Part shown: in pieces, positions 49,214 through 61,878 of the stretch
Numbering within the stretch: position 1 is the first letter of the stretch
How the letters are laid out: every line of letters starts with the position of its first letter
NCBI RefSeq assembly: GCF_963506605.1
Contig: NC_083281.1
Coordinates: 22,940,001-23,004,000, forward strand
DNA: 64,000 nt
Direction: 5' to 3'
Source: Zootoca vivipara
Taxonomy: Eukaryota
Notes under the pieces: generated by a model
What the model was told of the DNA's origin: nothing
What the model saw: the letters and a program-made list of their open reading frames with translations, nothing else
Databases searched by the model: none
Made by a program: the position numbers and the translations under genes

Positions 49214-52200
49214 TTAGTTCAGGGCTATGAACAGTGGGGCTGCCAGCAGGGCGATGAGGATGCCTTTGCCTCTCCTTTCACCCTGGCCTGGCGCTCCATT
49301 GCAGAAGGGGCCCTGGCAGCAGGTCACGTAGCTGACGGGAAGCTTGGGCAGCAGTGTTCCATAGAAGACCATATCCTGGCAGAGCTGCTGGTTGGCGCAG
49401 CCAGCTCGGAGGGTGGCGCCGCGGACGTAATCTGCGTTGGAAGAGAGGAGAGGAGGGAAGGGAGTTGCATTGCCAATTATCTTCCCAGGACGAGGGATCA
49501 GATCATATGAGTAGGGATAGGAGTGTTGGTCAATTTAATTTCTCTCTGTTACTCATTCCCCCAATCTTAAATTCAGTTCTTACATTTCTGCTGCCTATAT
49601 ATACTGGTATATATGGTATATATGATATATAGGTCGTTTATTATCATGCTGTGTATTAATTGGTGTGCATGTATGCTTACGTTCTTAAACCATTTGGGCT
49701 TTCCAGTGCTGCAAGTAAGCCATCTCGAGAACTGACCTTGGCTAGTACCGTGATTGGTACACGTGATTCTGTTTCTAGTGTATCTGAAGAAGTGTGCATG
49801 CACACGAAAGCTCATACCAAAATATAAACTTAGTTGGTCTTTAAGGTGCTACTGAAGGAATTTTTTTATTTTGGTACATGTGAGTTGGACCTAATATACA
49901 TGAATATATATATTCATGGAAATTCACCAGCATTTCAGGGCAATTTTCTCCTAACAAAAACATTGTTCCAGGCATTTTTTTTACTAATGTGACACATTTT
50001 AGGCAAGCAATTCTCTACAATCTAATGCATTTTTGTATCCAATGATCAAGGTGTCTCCCCTGACAGGTAAGTATCCAATGCATTTTATAGCTTCATTTTA
50101 ATGCACACTCTCCCCTAATTCATGTATTCTTATAAACATTACTTGATTGGAGAACTGCACTGCAAAATTCAGATAAGTATGAATTTTGTAGGATGGCTGT
50201 GTTTCGGTTTGCATATTGTTTCAGAAAGTGCGGATTTGATTGATTCGGCTTTAAATGCATCCTGAATCAAATTTCTCATCCATCCTTTGTCTTGAATCCT
50301 AATCATGCATTCCTTGTGTTTGGGGAAAATGAACTTACTCGTAGCTTCCTGTAACCAGAAGCTGGAAGGGCCAGGATGTGACAGGACTGTGAGGAAGGGC
50401 CGTAACTCATCAGCTTTGAATGCTGAAGGTCTCAGGTTCAACCTTTGACATCTTCAGGTAGAGCTGGGAATGTCTCCTGGCTGCCCCATGGGCTCTCCTG
50501 GGCTCTGTACCTGCCTGGCATGATTCAGAATGGGCCCATTTCCCTGCTGTGAAACCCTTTGACTCCCATGTCCCCCACTGGATAAGGTTGATTTGTCTCC
50601 CCGATTGCTCCTGATGTAGATCTTCACTCACACTTCCTTCCCTGGGCAGGGGGTGGGGAGTACCATTTTGTGGTTTGCTTCAGGTGCCAAAATATCTTGG
50701 GCTGGCCCTGGCTGTGGGATCATCATCACCATAATAAGTTATTATTTATACTTCGCCCATCTGGCTGGGTTTCCCCAGCCGCTCTGGTTGGCTTCCAACA
50801 GAATATTAAAAACACGATAAAACATCAAACATTAAAACCTAAACAGGGCTGCCTTCAGATGTATTCTAAAATTCAGGTAGTTGTTTATCTCTTTGACATC
50901 TGACGGGAGGGCCCTCTCCCTGGTTCTCTGTAACCTCACCTCTCACAGTGAGGGAATCACCAGAAGGCCCCCGGAGCTGGACGTGATTGTCCGGGCTGAA
51001 TGATGGGGGTGGAGATGCTCCTTCAGGTATACTGGGCCAAGGTAGTTTATTATCATGCTGTGTATTAATTGGTGTGCATGTATGCTTGCATTCTTAAACC
51101 ATTTGGGCTTTCCAGTGCTGCAAGTAAGCCATCTTGAGAACTGACCTTGGCTAGTACCGTGATTGGTACATGTGAGGTGGACCTCAGAAGGTATTTTAGG
51201 ATCACAACAAAGAGGAAACCAACCTGGCCCCATCCACTAGCAAGTGAAGGCACACCTGCTCTGGTGCTTGCTTTCCTTTACCCTCCCCATTCCCTTTTCC
51301 TTTCGTATCATGCCTATCAGATTGTGTGCCTGTGGGCAGGGACAGCCCTATCTTTTAATATAGATACAACACTTAGAAAATGTTAGGCACTTTAGAAGTG
51401 TAAGATAATTATCATTACTACCACCTGAGGAGGCACTGCCTACTCAAAAGCCTCCTCCACCTATTGCCATAAATCTTGCACCATCTCTTACCTATGACAT
51501 TCATGCAATGGTCCATGTTTCCCATGCAGTTCATGAGTTGCAGATTCTCTGCGCTGCATTCATCATTTCCTGCATCTAGGCAGCTGTAACACACCAGCCC
51601 GTTGAGTTCCCTCACGGAAAATCCTGAAAGGTAGGAGACAAAAGTCTTTTTCAGTAAGGGCCAAATTAGGTGTGACAATTAGCATGATTTTGTTTATTTG
51701 CTCTGCAAATAGCAGCTGTTAGGAGAGCTGAGCAGCCTCTGGACTGTGGGAATGAGGAGTTTAACTCTGTCTCTTCCAGCCCCAACACAAACCTCATCTC
51801 CCCACAGCTGCTATTTGCATTTTTTGAGGCCAGAATGACATGTGGGACAAAATTAGGAACCAGAAATTCCTGGATTCCATTTCTGACACAGTCATACAGA
51901 GAGAGTGAGAGTGGAGGAGTTTTGATGTAATGCAGGGGCAAATTCATGGCTATTATTCAGGGATGACCATATACTATTTCCAGGATCAGAGATGCTGGGG
52001 GGGGGGGAGGGGGAGAGAGAGCGAGAGCGAGAGAGAGAGAGAGCGAGAGAGAGAGCAAGAGAGAGAGAGAGCGAAAGCTATTGTGTTGGATTCTTGCCTG
52101 TGTGCTTACTTGTAGGGGGGTAGTTAATCCACATTTGGGGAAACTGCTTTGCCCCCCAAGTTTTCTGGCCCTTGTGGGATACAAATTTATTATTATTATT

Positions 52201-55200
52201 AAATATAATAACAAATATTGCCCAGTCTTGTTCACAGATATTTACTGCCTAATAATGCTGCTTTTTGTGAGTGGGATATTTTTATATGGGGTGGGGGGAA
52301 TATGGACGGACGGACATGTGAGCCAAAAGGACTTTAAAAATACATCTATGCAATCCAGGGATATTCTTTTTTAAAAAAACTGGACTTCTGAGTTTTTGCA
52401 ATTTTCAAATTTTGGTTTCAAAGTCCTCAGTGATGCATGAATATACGGGGATGAAATTTTAAACACAAAGCACCCAAAGTTTCATTTTAGTTTTGGCATG
52501 CACATTTGAGTCGAAATTGGCTGAAGACTCCTGCCGCTCCAGTTTGGGTCATCCCAGTAAACCTGCAACCCAGAGTTACCTGTGAAAGAGCTGTTGTTGC
52601 ACCTGGAACCTTCACAGACACGGATGGCCACGTAGCTGATTTTGCCTCCTATGCTGTATGCCAAGAGCGTTTCCTCTTTGGGGTAATTCCCACAGCCTTT
52701 GATGATGGGCTCCACCAGACCTGTTCCTGTGGAAACAGAGGAGGGTGTCAAAGATCATTGCCAATGGCTGTTGGGGAGTGTATTTGAGTGAAGGGCTGGG
52801 TTATTCTGTATGCCAAGCACACTATAGAGGAGCTCAATGGCATTCAGGCTGCATTCGCAGTGAGTTGACAACCACGCAGGACTCCTTGATTTTCTCCTGC
52901 AGTGCAATGCACACTTACAACCAGCCAGGGGATGCCTCCGCCTCTCAATGGCTCTGGTTCCACTTTCCATTGGTCTCCTCTCCTTCTGCTCCTCCAGTTC
53001 CAGTAGGCACCACCAGCACACCGCCAGTTCACATGGGACACTGGAGAGGCCAGGCCATTGCCCCACATGAACTGAGAGTGCGCCCTAGAATCCACCTGAG
53101 ATCTTTTGCAATGTACACATGGCTTCTGCCACCAAAACCAGCAGGGGTTCTTAAGCAGACACACCTCTGTTTCTATCAGAGGTGGCTAAGCATTTTTGGG
53201 GCCAAGGGCTGGGGCCCGCTGCCCCCATGCCAAAGTGGGCAGGGCCAACATACCAAAGTGCAAAGTGAGTGTGGCTTTCCCTTCCTTTATTTCTACACTC
53301 TGGGGAGTCGGGGAATCGCAAAAACCTTTCGGCATCCCAGAACCACAGCTGAGGATCTACAGAAGTGCTTGGTAAAACTTGTACACACACACAATTATTA
53401 TTTTTTTAACGGCAAATTTTGGGAGTCCCACAAAAACAAACAAACACCTTTTGGCATCACAGTGGGGTACCGATGGGGGCAGTTTAGTAATTATTATTAT
53501 TACAGTGGAACCTTGGTTCTTGAACATAATCTGTTCCGGAAGTCCTTTCGACTCCCGGAATGTTCGAAAACCAAGACGCGGCTTCTGATTGGTGCAGCTG
53601 CCCCGGCTACAATGGCCAACAACCACATTGGGTGTTCGGCTTCCAAAGTTTTTTCAAAAACTGGAACACTTACTTCCGGGTTTCCGGCGTCCGGGAGCCG
53701 ATTTGTTCATCAACTAAGCCCTTTGAGAACCAAGGTTCCACTGTATTATTATTTTAAATGGATTTTTCCCCCCAGCAGGGCTTGAGGAGGTACAAAAAGC
53801 CTTTTGACATCAAAGCGGGGGAACCATAGAAGCAGTTATAGCTTTGGGGCAACTGTGGGGGGGGGGCTGAATTTTGAAAGAAGTGACAAATTGGAAGGGC
53901 ACAAAAACACCTCTCAGATAGTTTACCTGGCAGCCACTGGCGAGAGATTTCCACGCAGCGGTTCTCTTTACCCCTGCACTGGGCTGTGGGAATTCTGGTC
54001 CCATTACACTCCTCCAAACTGCCTATGCAACTGTAACACTCCACTCCGTTGCGTTCAGTGCTGTACGTGACTGTGGGAAGGCAAGAAAAAAGAAGGGTCA
54101 CCAATTCTGAGGCCCACGAGCACTGCTTGTGGAAGGCTTCAGTAAATAGCACCTCAAAATCTACATTCTGAGAGGCCCTCCTGGTGGTTGCACCTCCCTC
54201 AGGAGCTTGGGTGGCAGCAGTAGTCCAGAAGGTGGTCAAGGAGCCCATGCCAATGTTTAAAGCCCTAAAAACAATGTAGGCCCCAAATATCTAAAAGGCC
54301 ACTTCCTTTCACGCAGACCCTCTTGGTGGTTCCACCTCCCTCAGAGGTTTGGGGTGAGTGTGACCCGGCAGAGGGCCTTCTCTGCAGAAGTTCCTGAGTT
54401 GTGGAGTTCCCTCACCAGAGAGGTGTGGCTGGCACCTTCATTATACATATTTTGGTCATTTGCAGAGGACACTCGTGCTTGCATTGGCCTTTGACCCTTG
54501 ACAGATATATATATTTGGGACCCACCTTAATTTGTTTCAAACTGTTTTAAGTGTTGTTGTATTAAACGGCTGTGACCCATTTGGGGACTCCTGATCAAGG
54601 ATGGGTAATAAACCAAAATAACAATAAACATTTGACACCACTGACTGTCCCATACAGAGAGCAGGAGATAGGCCACATTCACACCATAAATCTAAAGCAT
54701 TATGATACCAGTTTAATCATCCAAGGCTTCTCCCACAGAATTCTGGGAGCTGTAGTTTGTTAAGGGTGCCGAGAGTTGTTAGGAGACTGCTATTTCCCTC
54801 CCTGAGCTACAGTTCCCAGAGTTTCCTGTGAAGAGGGAATGATGCTAGCTCTGTGAGGGAATCAAGGGTCACCTCTTGGCACTTTTAAATCACAGCTCCC
54901 AGAATTCTTTGGGTGAAGCCATGAAAGCAAAAAGCAGTATCATATTGCTTTAAATTATGGTGTGAACGTGGCCATAGTTAGTGGCTCATGAAAGTGAGCA
55001 AGGCAGCTCTTTCCAGTGTGTCGCACATGTCTCTGGAGAGCTCAGAGGTGTGATAATTTCCACTTCAGGGCTGACCATACTCCAGGGACTCTTACCATTG
55101 TAGGGGACATCGTTGCACAGGTCTTCGGAACAGCAGTAGATGCTTCGCGATACGAAGCCCCTGCGGGTGGAGAAGTAGGACTGGCAGTGCTGGGATGTGG

Positions 55201-58200
55201 TGCACCCTCTCTTCAGGGTCTCACTTATAGGGCCTAGGGAAGGGAAGGCACAGCAAGATGGTAGCTAAGATTCATGATGAGGCTTACAAACAGCAAGTAA
55301 CCCACTGGTCACTAGGGAGGGGGCTAAATGTGAGCTTATGAAATCCACTCTTTTTTTAAAAAGGAGACGAAACACAGCCACCCTTCAGAATTTGCAGTTA
55401 TCCGAATTTTGCAATGCAGTTACCTAACGGAACAATACTTATAAAAAGGCATATATTAGGTAGGGTTGCCATATTAGGTAGGTTTTCCCAGACACATCCT
55501 GGATTGCAGTGGCAAAATTAACTTCCAGGGGGATTTTGTTTTCAAAAATAGGCAAAATGTCTAGGTTTTTTGAAAACAGAATCAGGAAATGTTGTTTTTG
55601 GGCGATTTCCCCCAAACAACTTTTTGGGCGATTCCCCCCCCCCCAAAAAAACCTCAACAACTTTTTGTGTCCAGATTTTTGCTTTTTGAAATACAGTCGT
55701 GCCTCAGCTCCCGAACGCCTTGGGAGTCGAACGTTCCGGCTCCTGAATGATTGAAAACCAGAAGTGACTGTTCTGGTCTCCGAATGTTCTTTTGGAAGCC
55801 GAACGTCTGATGGGGGTTCTGCGTCTTCTGATTGGCTGCAGGAGCTTCCTGCAGCCAATCAAAAGCCGCACTTCGGAAGTCGAACGTTTCGGAAGTCAGA
55901 TGGTCTTCCAGAATGGGTTCTGTTTGACTTCTGAGGTATGACTGTATGGCAACCCTATATTAGGGGTAAATATGCATAGCAGTAAGCTGCAAAACAAGAT
56001 GCGCCATCCCAGCAGGGAAACCAACAATCGGCGAAGCCAGAGCCAATGACAGGCAGAGCCAGCTGATTCTGCTTTTGCACCCATCCTCCTCCTCCTCCCT
56101 GTTGAGTTCTGCAAAGAGAAATGTTCCAAAAGGTGGTGATCTAGGGCTCTAGGCTTCTCAGAACTGACCTCTGTTTTCCTGCCCGATGTTAACCTACAGG
56201 AGCACCTTCTCCTACTTAGTCATATGCTTCCTTTAAACAAACACATAAACCTCTGAAGCAGCAAATTGAATGTTAAACGCCAGGCCAGGGAGCCCTTAAA
56301 TGGGCAGCTAATGACCCTTCTTGCCTGGAGACAAAGCTAACCAGCCAAGGTCACACATGGATTTTTTTTTTTTAAGTGATAGAGATCTGAGATAAGACTA
56401 CAGTCATACTTCATGTTGCGTCTGTTTCAGGTTGTGTCTTTTCAGCTCACGAACGCGGCAAACCCGCAAGTGTTTGCTTCCGGGTTTCGCCACGCGCGCA
56501 TGCGCAGAAGCGTTCTGCGTGCTTCGCGCATGCGCAGAAGCATCGCTCTGGCTGCAGACTTTTTGGGGTGCGAACGTCACCCTGGAACGGATCGTGACCG
56601 CAACCAGAGGTGACGCACCGGGCAAAACACAGCCCAAACACAGGCTTGATGAACCCCAGTTCATTAAGGCTAGCGGGGCACCTAGAGGGAATGGTGATCG
56701 ATCAACTTTTCCTGTTGGGACAGCAAAGGGCTGCTACTTTTTCAGTGTGTCACTGTGCCTGTGCTTTTGACTGTGCAGTGGCTGGATTTATTTTATATAT
56801 TATTGTATTTATGCCTTCTTCACGGCTGAGTGGGGATTTGAACTCTGGTCTTGCAGGTCCTAGTCCCACACTCTGACCACATTGCAGGCAGGTGGTGACG
56901 CACAACTCTCTGCAAAAATGTTTTGTTTTTTTAAAAAAGAATCCCCTGACAATTTCTGCAGATCAAGGGACATGCACAGGCCAGGTCAGTTGGCAACCCC
57001 TTCCCTGGGCCACGTACCATAGGTAGCTCGTGTTTCCTCCATGCAAAGGGTCTCGTTGCTGCCACAGAGTTGCTGCTGGTTTGTGCAATTCTCACGTGTC
57101 CCCAGGCACTTGTGGCAAGACAGGCCACAAGCTTCAGGAAGCAAAGCTGAAATGACATTTGGCAAAGGAGTCTTTTTCACCCCCTTCAAGGACATATTTC
57201 CCCACCCGAGTGCTTGGATAAGATGCCCCTGTGGAACTGGGCACCCCTTAAATCTGGGGATGGGGAACCTTCCTGGGGCAACATTGGAAGGAACCTCAGG
57301 GGCCATCTAGCCGAGCCCCTGCAAAGCAGGAATTGCAGCTGAAAAAAAATCCCTGATGGATGGGCACCCAACCTCTGTTGAAAGCCCTCCTTCAGATCAG
57401 CTACCAGCCACAAGGTTGCCTTTCTTTGGGATACTTTGCCTTCCCTCCCTTTTAGAAAAGCAAAAATGAATATAAAACCCCCGCATGCCTGTGGTGGGTG
57501 AGGCCAGAGGCAAACGAGGGTGAAGCAGTAAATGCCTTTGTTTAGAAGGTGGATTTGCGCACACACAAACATACTCCCACCCGCCTCCCTCCAGCCAAGA
57601 AAGAAGTGTGATCAGAGTTCAAGGACAGATTCCAACCAGGAAAAAAAAATACAAGGAGGGTGTGAAGCAGGGACAGTGAGGGTGGGCCTGGGGAGGGAGG
57701 GTGGCTTGGAGAGAGTTGTGAGGGCCAGACAGAAAGTGCTTCAAGTGCCACATTTGGTACCCAGGCCTCAGTTTCCCCACCTCTGCCTTAAATGTACAGG
57801 GGCCTTCTCGATGTCTGGACATGCCTACCTTAAAAAAAATAATGAACAAGGATTTTCTCATCTCTCTGTGTTTTATTGAAGGCAAGGATTGGGTTGTTTT
57901 CAAATTAATTAATTATTTTTTAAAAAAACACACATTTGATTAACTTTTAAAATTTTATTTTAAAAAAGCATATGCTCCTCTTCATAGAAGAAGTTTCACA
58001 AAGGAGTTCAGAATGATACGCACAAGCAAATAAATCACAACTCAGTTTTAAAGCAAAACGGAAGCAAGCACTCCAAACAGCACCAAAATGCTACTAAAAC
58101 TAGTATAGTACCTAGTAGGACAGTGATGGGCAACCTTTTGAGCTTGGTGTGTCAAAATTCGCCAAAAAACCGAGCATAACTTGGGTGGTATGTCACTTCG

Positions 58201-61017
58201 AGAAAAAAACCATAATTTCGCGATATTTATAGTTTAAATAATAAAAATGTATAATTCTAATATATAACTGTATTTAATAAACCAAAAACTAATTATTTAA
58301 CCAAACCAAACAAAAGAACCCTTATTTATCACAGAGTGCCCAGAGTTGTTGAGCTTTTTCGGGGGAGCTGCTGACCAAAGTTTTGGAGGTTTTGTTTGGG
58401 GTGAGTGTGCAAAAGTTGCTTTGCTTTTTTGGGAAGGATGCCCGAAAGCTGCTGCGCTTTTAGGGGGGGGGGGAAAGAGAACAGAAATAAATGACGAATA
58501 ATACCTTCACTGGAACTAACACGCAACACCAACATAGTCTGCCAAAACGCCAAAACCCCCAGCACAGAACGGGTTAAAAAACCAATCTCTGGCTACCAGC
58601 AACAATAACAACAACAAAGGATCCGGGTTTTAACAGCAGAGACAAGCTGTCGCGTGAGGAGGAGCTGGAGAACAAATGGGGGGAAAACAACAACAACAAC
58701 AAAAACGACAACAACAGCGTGAATGGGCCGATGGGGCGCGTGCCAGCAGTGAGGGCTCTGCGTGTCACGTCTGACATGCGTGTCATAGGTTTGCCATCAC
58801 TGTAGTAGGATGATGGGACCGTAGCAAAAAAACCAAGCAATACCCGTGGAATAGGCACTTCAAGCAACAATAAAAAGCAAGTAGTTCTTTAACAGCATGA
58901 TCCTAGCTATGTCCACTCAGAATTAAATTGGCTTTGCTGCCAGGCATGTGGGGCTCGTATCACAGCCTAAGACCCATTGAAAAGTGTTGATGGACTTTGT
59001 GCAAATCAAGAAACCATGTATATTAAATAAGCACCAAGCTGACCAATAAGCCCATTTCAGCCCAGGGCAGTGGAGGAACGGAGGAGGAAGAGTTAACATC
59101 TCCCACTGACTTGTGTGGGTAGGTTGGTGTTTCTGAGGTTGTACTGCGATGTGTTCATATGCTGGTCTCTGCAAGGCAGGATGCAAGCTGAGATTCCAGA
59201 GTTGCCTCCCTGAAACCATTCGGCAAGAGAAGCGACTGGAGCAGGTAAAGCTAGGAATCCTGGATTTTAATTCCATGATGGTACCATTCGAAAGTTTGGT
59301 GTGTGTGTGTGTTTGTGGTGGGGTGTGTGTGACTCTGTGGCAAGGCACTTGTAGGGAGTCCTGCAGGGGGCTTCTTTCCACCTGGTCTGTTTTTGTGCAT
59401 TTATATGTGTTCTGCAACATGTCGTTTGTGCAACAATAACAGTTGCATGAATGGTGGATTTATCCCGAACTGTCCACATATCATTCTGCTTTAGTAGTCA
59501 CCTTGTGATTCTTCCCCAGTTTTATTGCATTATTTCTTTCTGGAGGGCTGCTCTTCTGATGTAGAGCAACAAAAGTAGGATGGAGAAACAAATCAGAGAG
59601 CGATTGCAGTACAAACGTACCCCGGAAGTCGAATGGAATCCGTTCCGGAAGTCCGTTCGACTTCTGAAAAGTTCGGAAACCAAGGCGCGGCTTCTGATTG
59701 CGCAGGCACACCGGAAGCAATAGCGGAAGCCGTGCCGGATGTTCAGCTTCCAAAAAAATGTTCGAAAACTAGAACACTCACTTCGGGTTTTCAGTCGTTT
59801 GGGAGCTGGAATGTTTGACTCCCAAGGCATTTGGGAGCCAAGGTACAACTGTATAAAGAGTTTCAGGATATCAGAAGGAAGTTCTGAAACATGTACTGGT
59901 TTGGAAGCCATGCTGCGTGTCTGCCCTGAAAACTCGGAAGGCACAACCTGTATTGAAAACTGGATGGATAACTACATTGTTGATACCACCATGAGCACAA
60001 ATAATCTTGAATGCACAATGAATAGGCAGGCAGTGAAAATTAAGAATTTTCACACATCATCTTTAACTATTTTGAATGCTCTGTGTCAGAAGAGAGAATG
60101 CAAATGAATTTTTTTTGGGGGGGGGGTAGTGACCCTTTGCTGATTTTGGCGCCCCTCGGCAAATGCCTGACCTTACCAAGCTCCAGAGCTGGCCCTATTC
60201 CCCACCTGCTTTTGAGGGAAAGAACTGTGGGTCAGAACCAATTTGGGTCCACTTTCCACCTGGAGGAAAGGAGCAGTAGAATCGAATGCTGCGAACAGGG
60301 TCAATGATGGGTGTTGCTAAAAGCCAGGAATACACGTTACTTTTTCCAACTTGGAAAGGGTGCGGTAGATGATAATTAGGAGATGAGCCTGTGGCTGATC
60401 GGATTCCAGTACATGATGTGGGAGAGAAACAGTGTGGTTAAAATTGGAGGAACGGGAACCACAGGTTGCCATATTTCAATTTGAGAATTAGGCGAAGGAA
60501 TAATTAAGGCGCTGATACAAAGAATGCCCCTTACTAAGGGTGGAACCATTAATACTGGAATGGAAGAGGGAATTTTGTGGGGGACAGCTTTTCTCCACTC
60601 TGTAGCACTGAGAGAGGACAAGCTAATGCCCACCAAAATTCTGTCTTCAGTGCAATTGTTTTAGGTGCAGGAGCCTTCGTTCCTGTTGCTCTCAAGCTGC
60701 ACATATGCCATACTTTTAAAGCATATCTGCCCCAAAGAATCCTGGAAACTGTAGTTTGTTAAGGGTGCTGAGAAGAGGTAAGCCACAGTTCCCAGGATTC
60801 TTGGAAGGGGGGGCGGCGGAGAGATTGTGCTTTAAGTCCATGGTGTGTACGCAGCCTTGGTTACTCTACCTAAGGGAGTCGGGAGTCAGAACGACTGCCT
60901 TCTCTCTTGGGTGTAAGGAGAAGAAAGGTTATTCGCAGCAGCAGGGAGTTCCCCTGTTGGCAACCCACCTGTGGCCAACAAGGCAATCGGGATGGTGAGC
61001 TCTATGGCCGCCTTCAT
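49214..61017 (-). CDS. uPAR/PLAUR-like GPI-anchored protein with three Ly6/uPAR domains (gene B), 7 exons, ~313 aa
   Basis: Exons 61017-60969 (signal peptide MKAAIELTIPIALLAT, 49 nt as in gene A), 57131-57018, 55233-55096, 54070-53927, 52726-52580, 51623-51492 and 49431-49214. All introns are phase 1; 942 nt open. Domains have 10/8/10 Cys and the C-terminus is hydrophobic (GILIALLAAPLFIALN). Three of these exons are absent from the supplied ORF track in the correct frame. Alternative in-phase acceptors exist near 57146 and 52720. Confidence 0.86.
49770..49870 (+). mobile_element. Penelope-like element terminal fragment
   Basis: CTGAAGAAGTGTGCATGCACACGAAAGCTCATACC...GTTGGTCTTTAAGGTGCTAC resembles the Penelope end motif; it interrupts one copy of a local duplication. 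Confidence 0.6.
50738..51040 (-). mobile_element. L2 3' fragment
   Basis: Same family as 7545-7830. Confidence 0.75.
52012..52073. repeat. (GA)n microsatellite
   Basis: Seen directly. Confidence 0.85.
54670..54970. repeat. Interspersed quasi-palindromic repeat family
   Basis: The CTGGGAGCTGTAGTTTGTTAAGGGTGC...GAGCTACAGTTCCCAGAG core recurs at ~7040-7300, 40450-40580, 46385-46620 and 60700-60850. Probably an old non-autonomous DNA element. Confidence 0.6.
58121..58802. mobile_element. Non-autonomous hAT transposon (682 bp)
   Basis: TIRs CAGTGATGGGCAACC / GGTTTGCCATCACTG; perfect TSD TAGTAGGA; CpGs retained. Confidence 0.9.
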
Positions 61018-61742
61018 TGTCTTCCCCCCCTTTTTAATCACTTCTCCGGTCTGTCCTGTTCTCCGGCTTGGCTTGGCGAGGTGTACACTCCCAGCTCTCT
61101 GTCCTGATTGCCTCTGGTTGGGAAAGGCAGCTTGGTCCTAAAACCTGCTCAGCAGGGGAGAGGACAGGGTGATGCAACCCATCCATTCATCAACAAGATG
61201 CTGCCTTGGGAACCTTGGCCAGTTCCCTCCGGACCAGATGAAATCAGCACTCTCAGGGATGGGACAGAATGGACGAGCCAAAGTGAGAAAAGGGGGAAGA
61301 GCAGATCTCAAGATGGGCTGCAGGGCTCCTAGGGAAGTGCTTCGGAAGAAAGGGAAAGGTGGAAGGTGCAGCCAGACCTCAGTGTTAGAGCATCTGCTTG
61401 ACATGGAGAAGGTCCCAGGTTTGATCCCCACCTGCCATCTCCAGGGAACACCTGAAATCCTGGAGAGATGTTGAAAGCAGTGGAGGCTGGTCTACAGTGT
61501 CCCCTAACCAGCCTCTCATCTGCCTACATATCTACTTACAACCTGGCCAGAAGATGGTCCTGGCTGTCAGTTGCCTCCTCCCTCCCCCCTTCTTTAGTTT
61601 CCTTGTTGCCCTGGTAGGACTCAGCAGGGAGGAGGATGGCTCCAAAACTGGAGCCTGCCATTGGCTCTGGCTCCCCTTACTGTTTGGGCTCCCAATGGGC
61701 AACAGCCAACACTGGGTGCCACTCAGTGTAAAGAGTGTAGAC

Positions 61743-61878
61743 CAGGGTTTCCCAAACTTGGGTCTCCATCTGTTTCTGGACTACAACCCCCATCATCCCT
61801 GTCCACTGGTCCTGCTAGCTAGGGATGATGGGAGTTGTAGTCCAAAAACAGCTGGAGACCCAAGTTTGGGAAACCCTG
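61743..61878. mobile_element. Palindromic hAT-type MITE
   Basis: CAGGGTTTCCCAAACTTGGGTCTCCA...TGGAGACCCAAGTTTGGGAAACCCTG. Confidence 0.8.

Noticed and set aside
52745-53785. 346-aa + strand ORF
   Set aside because: Non-ATG start, no recognisable domain, runs through a MITE, and is antisense within an intron of LU gene B.
57820-57861. Alternative signal-peptide exon for LU gene B (MRKSLFIIFFK)
   Set aside because: Phase 0 and too short; 61017-60969 fits phase, length and hydrophobicity.
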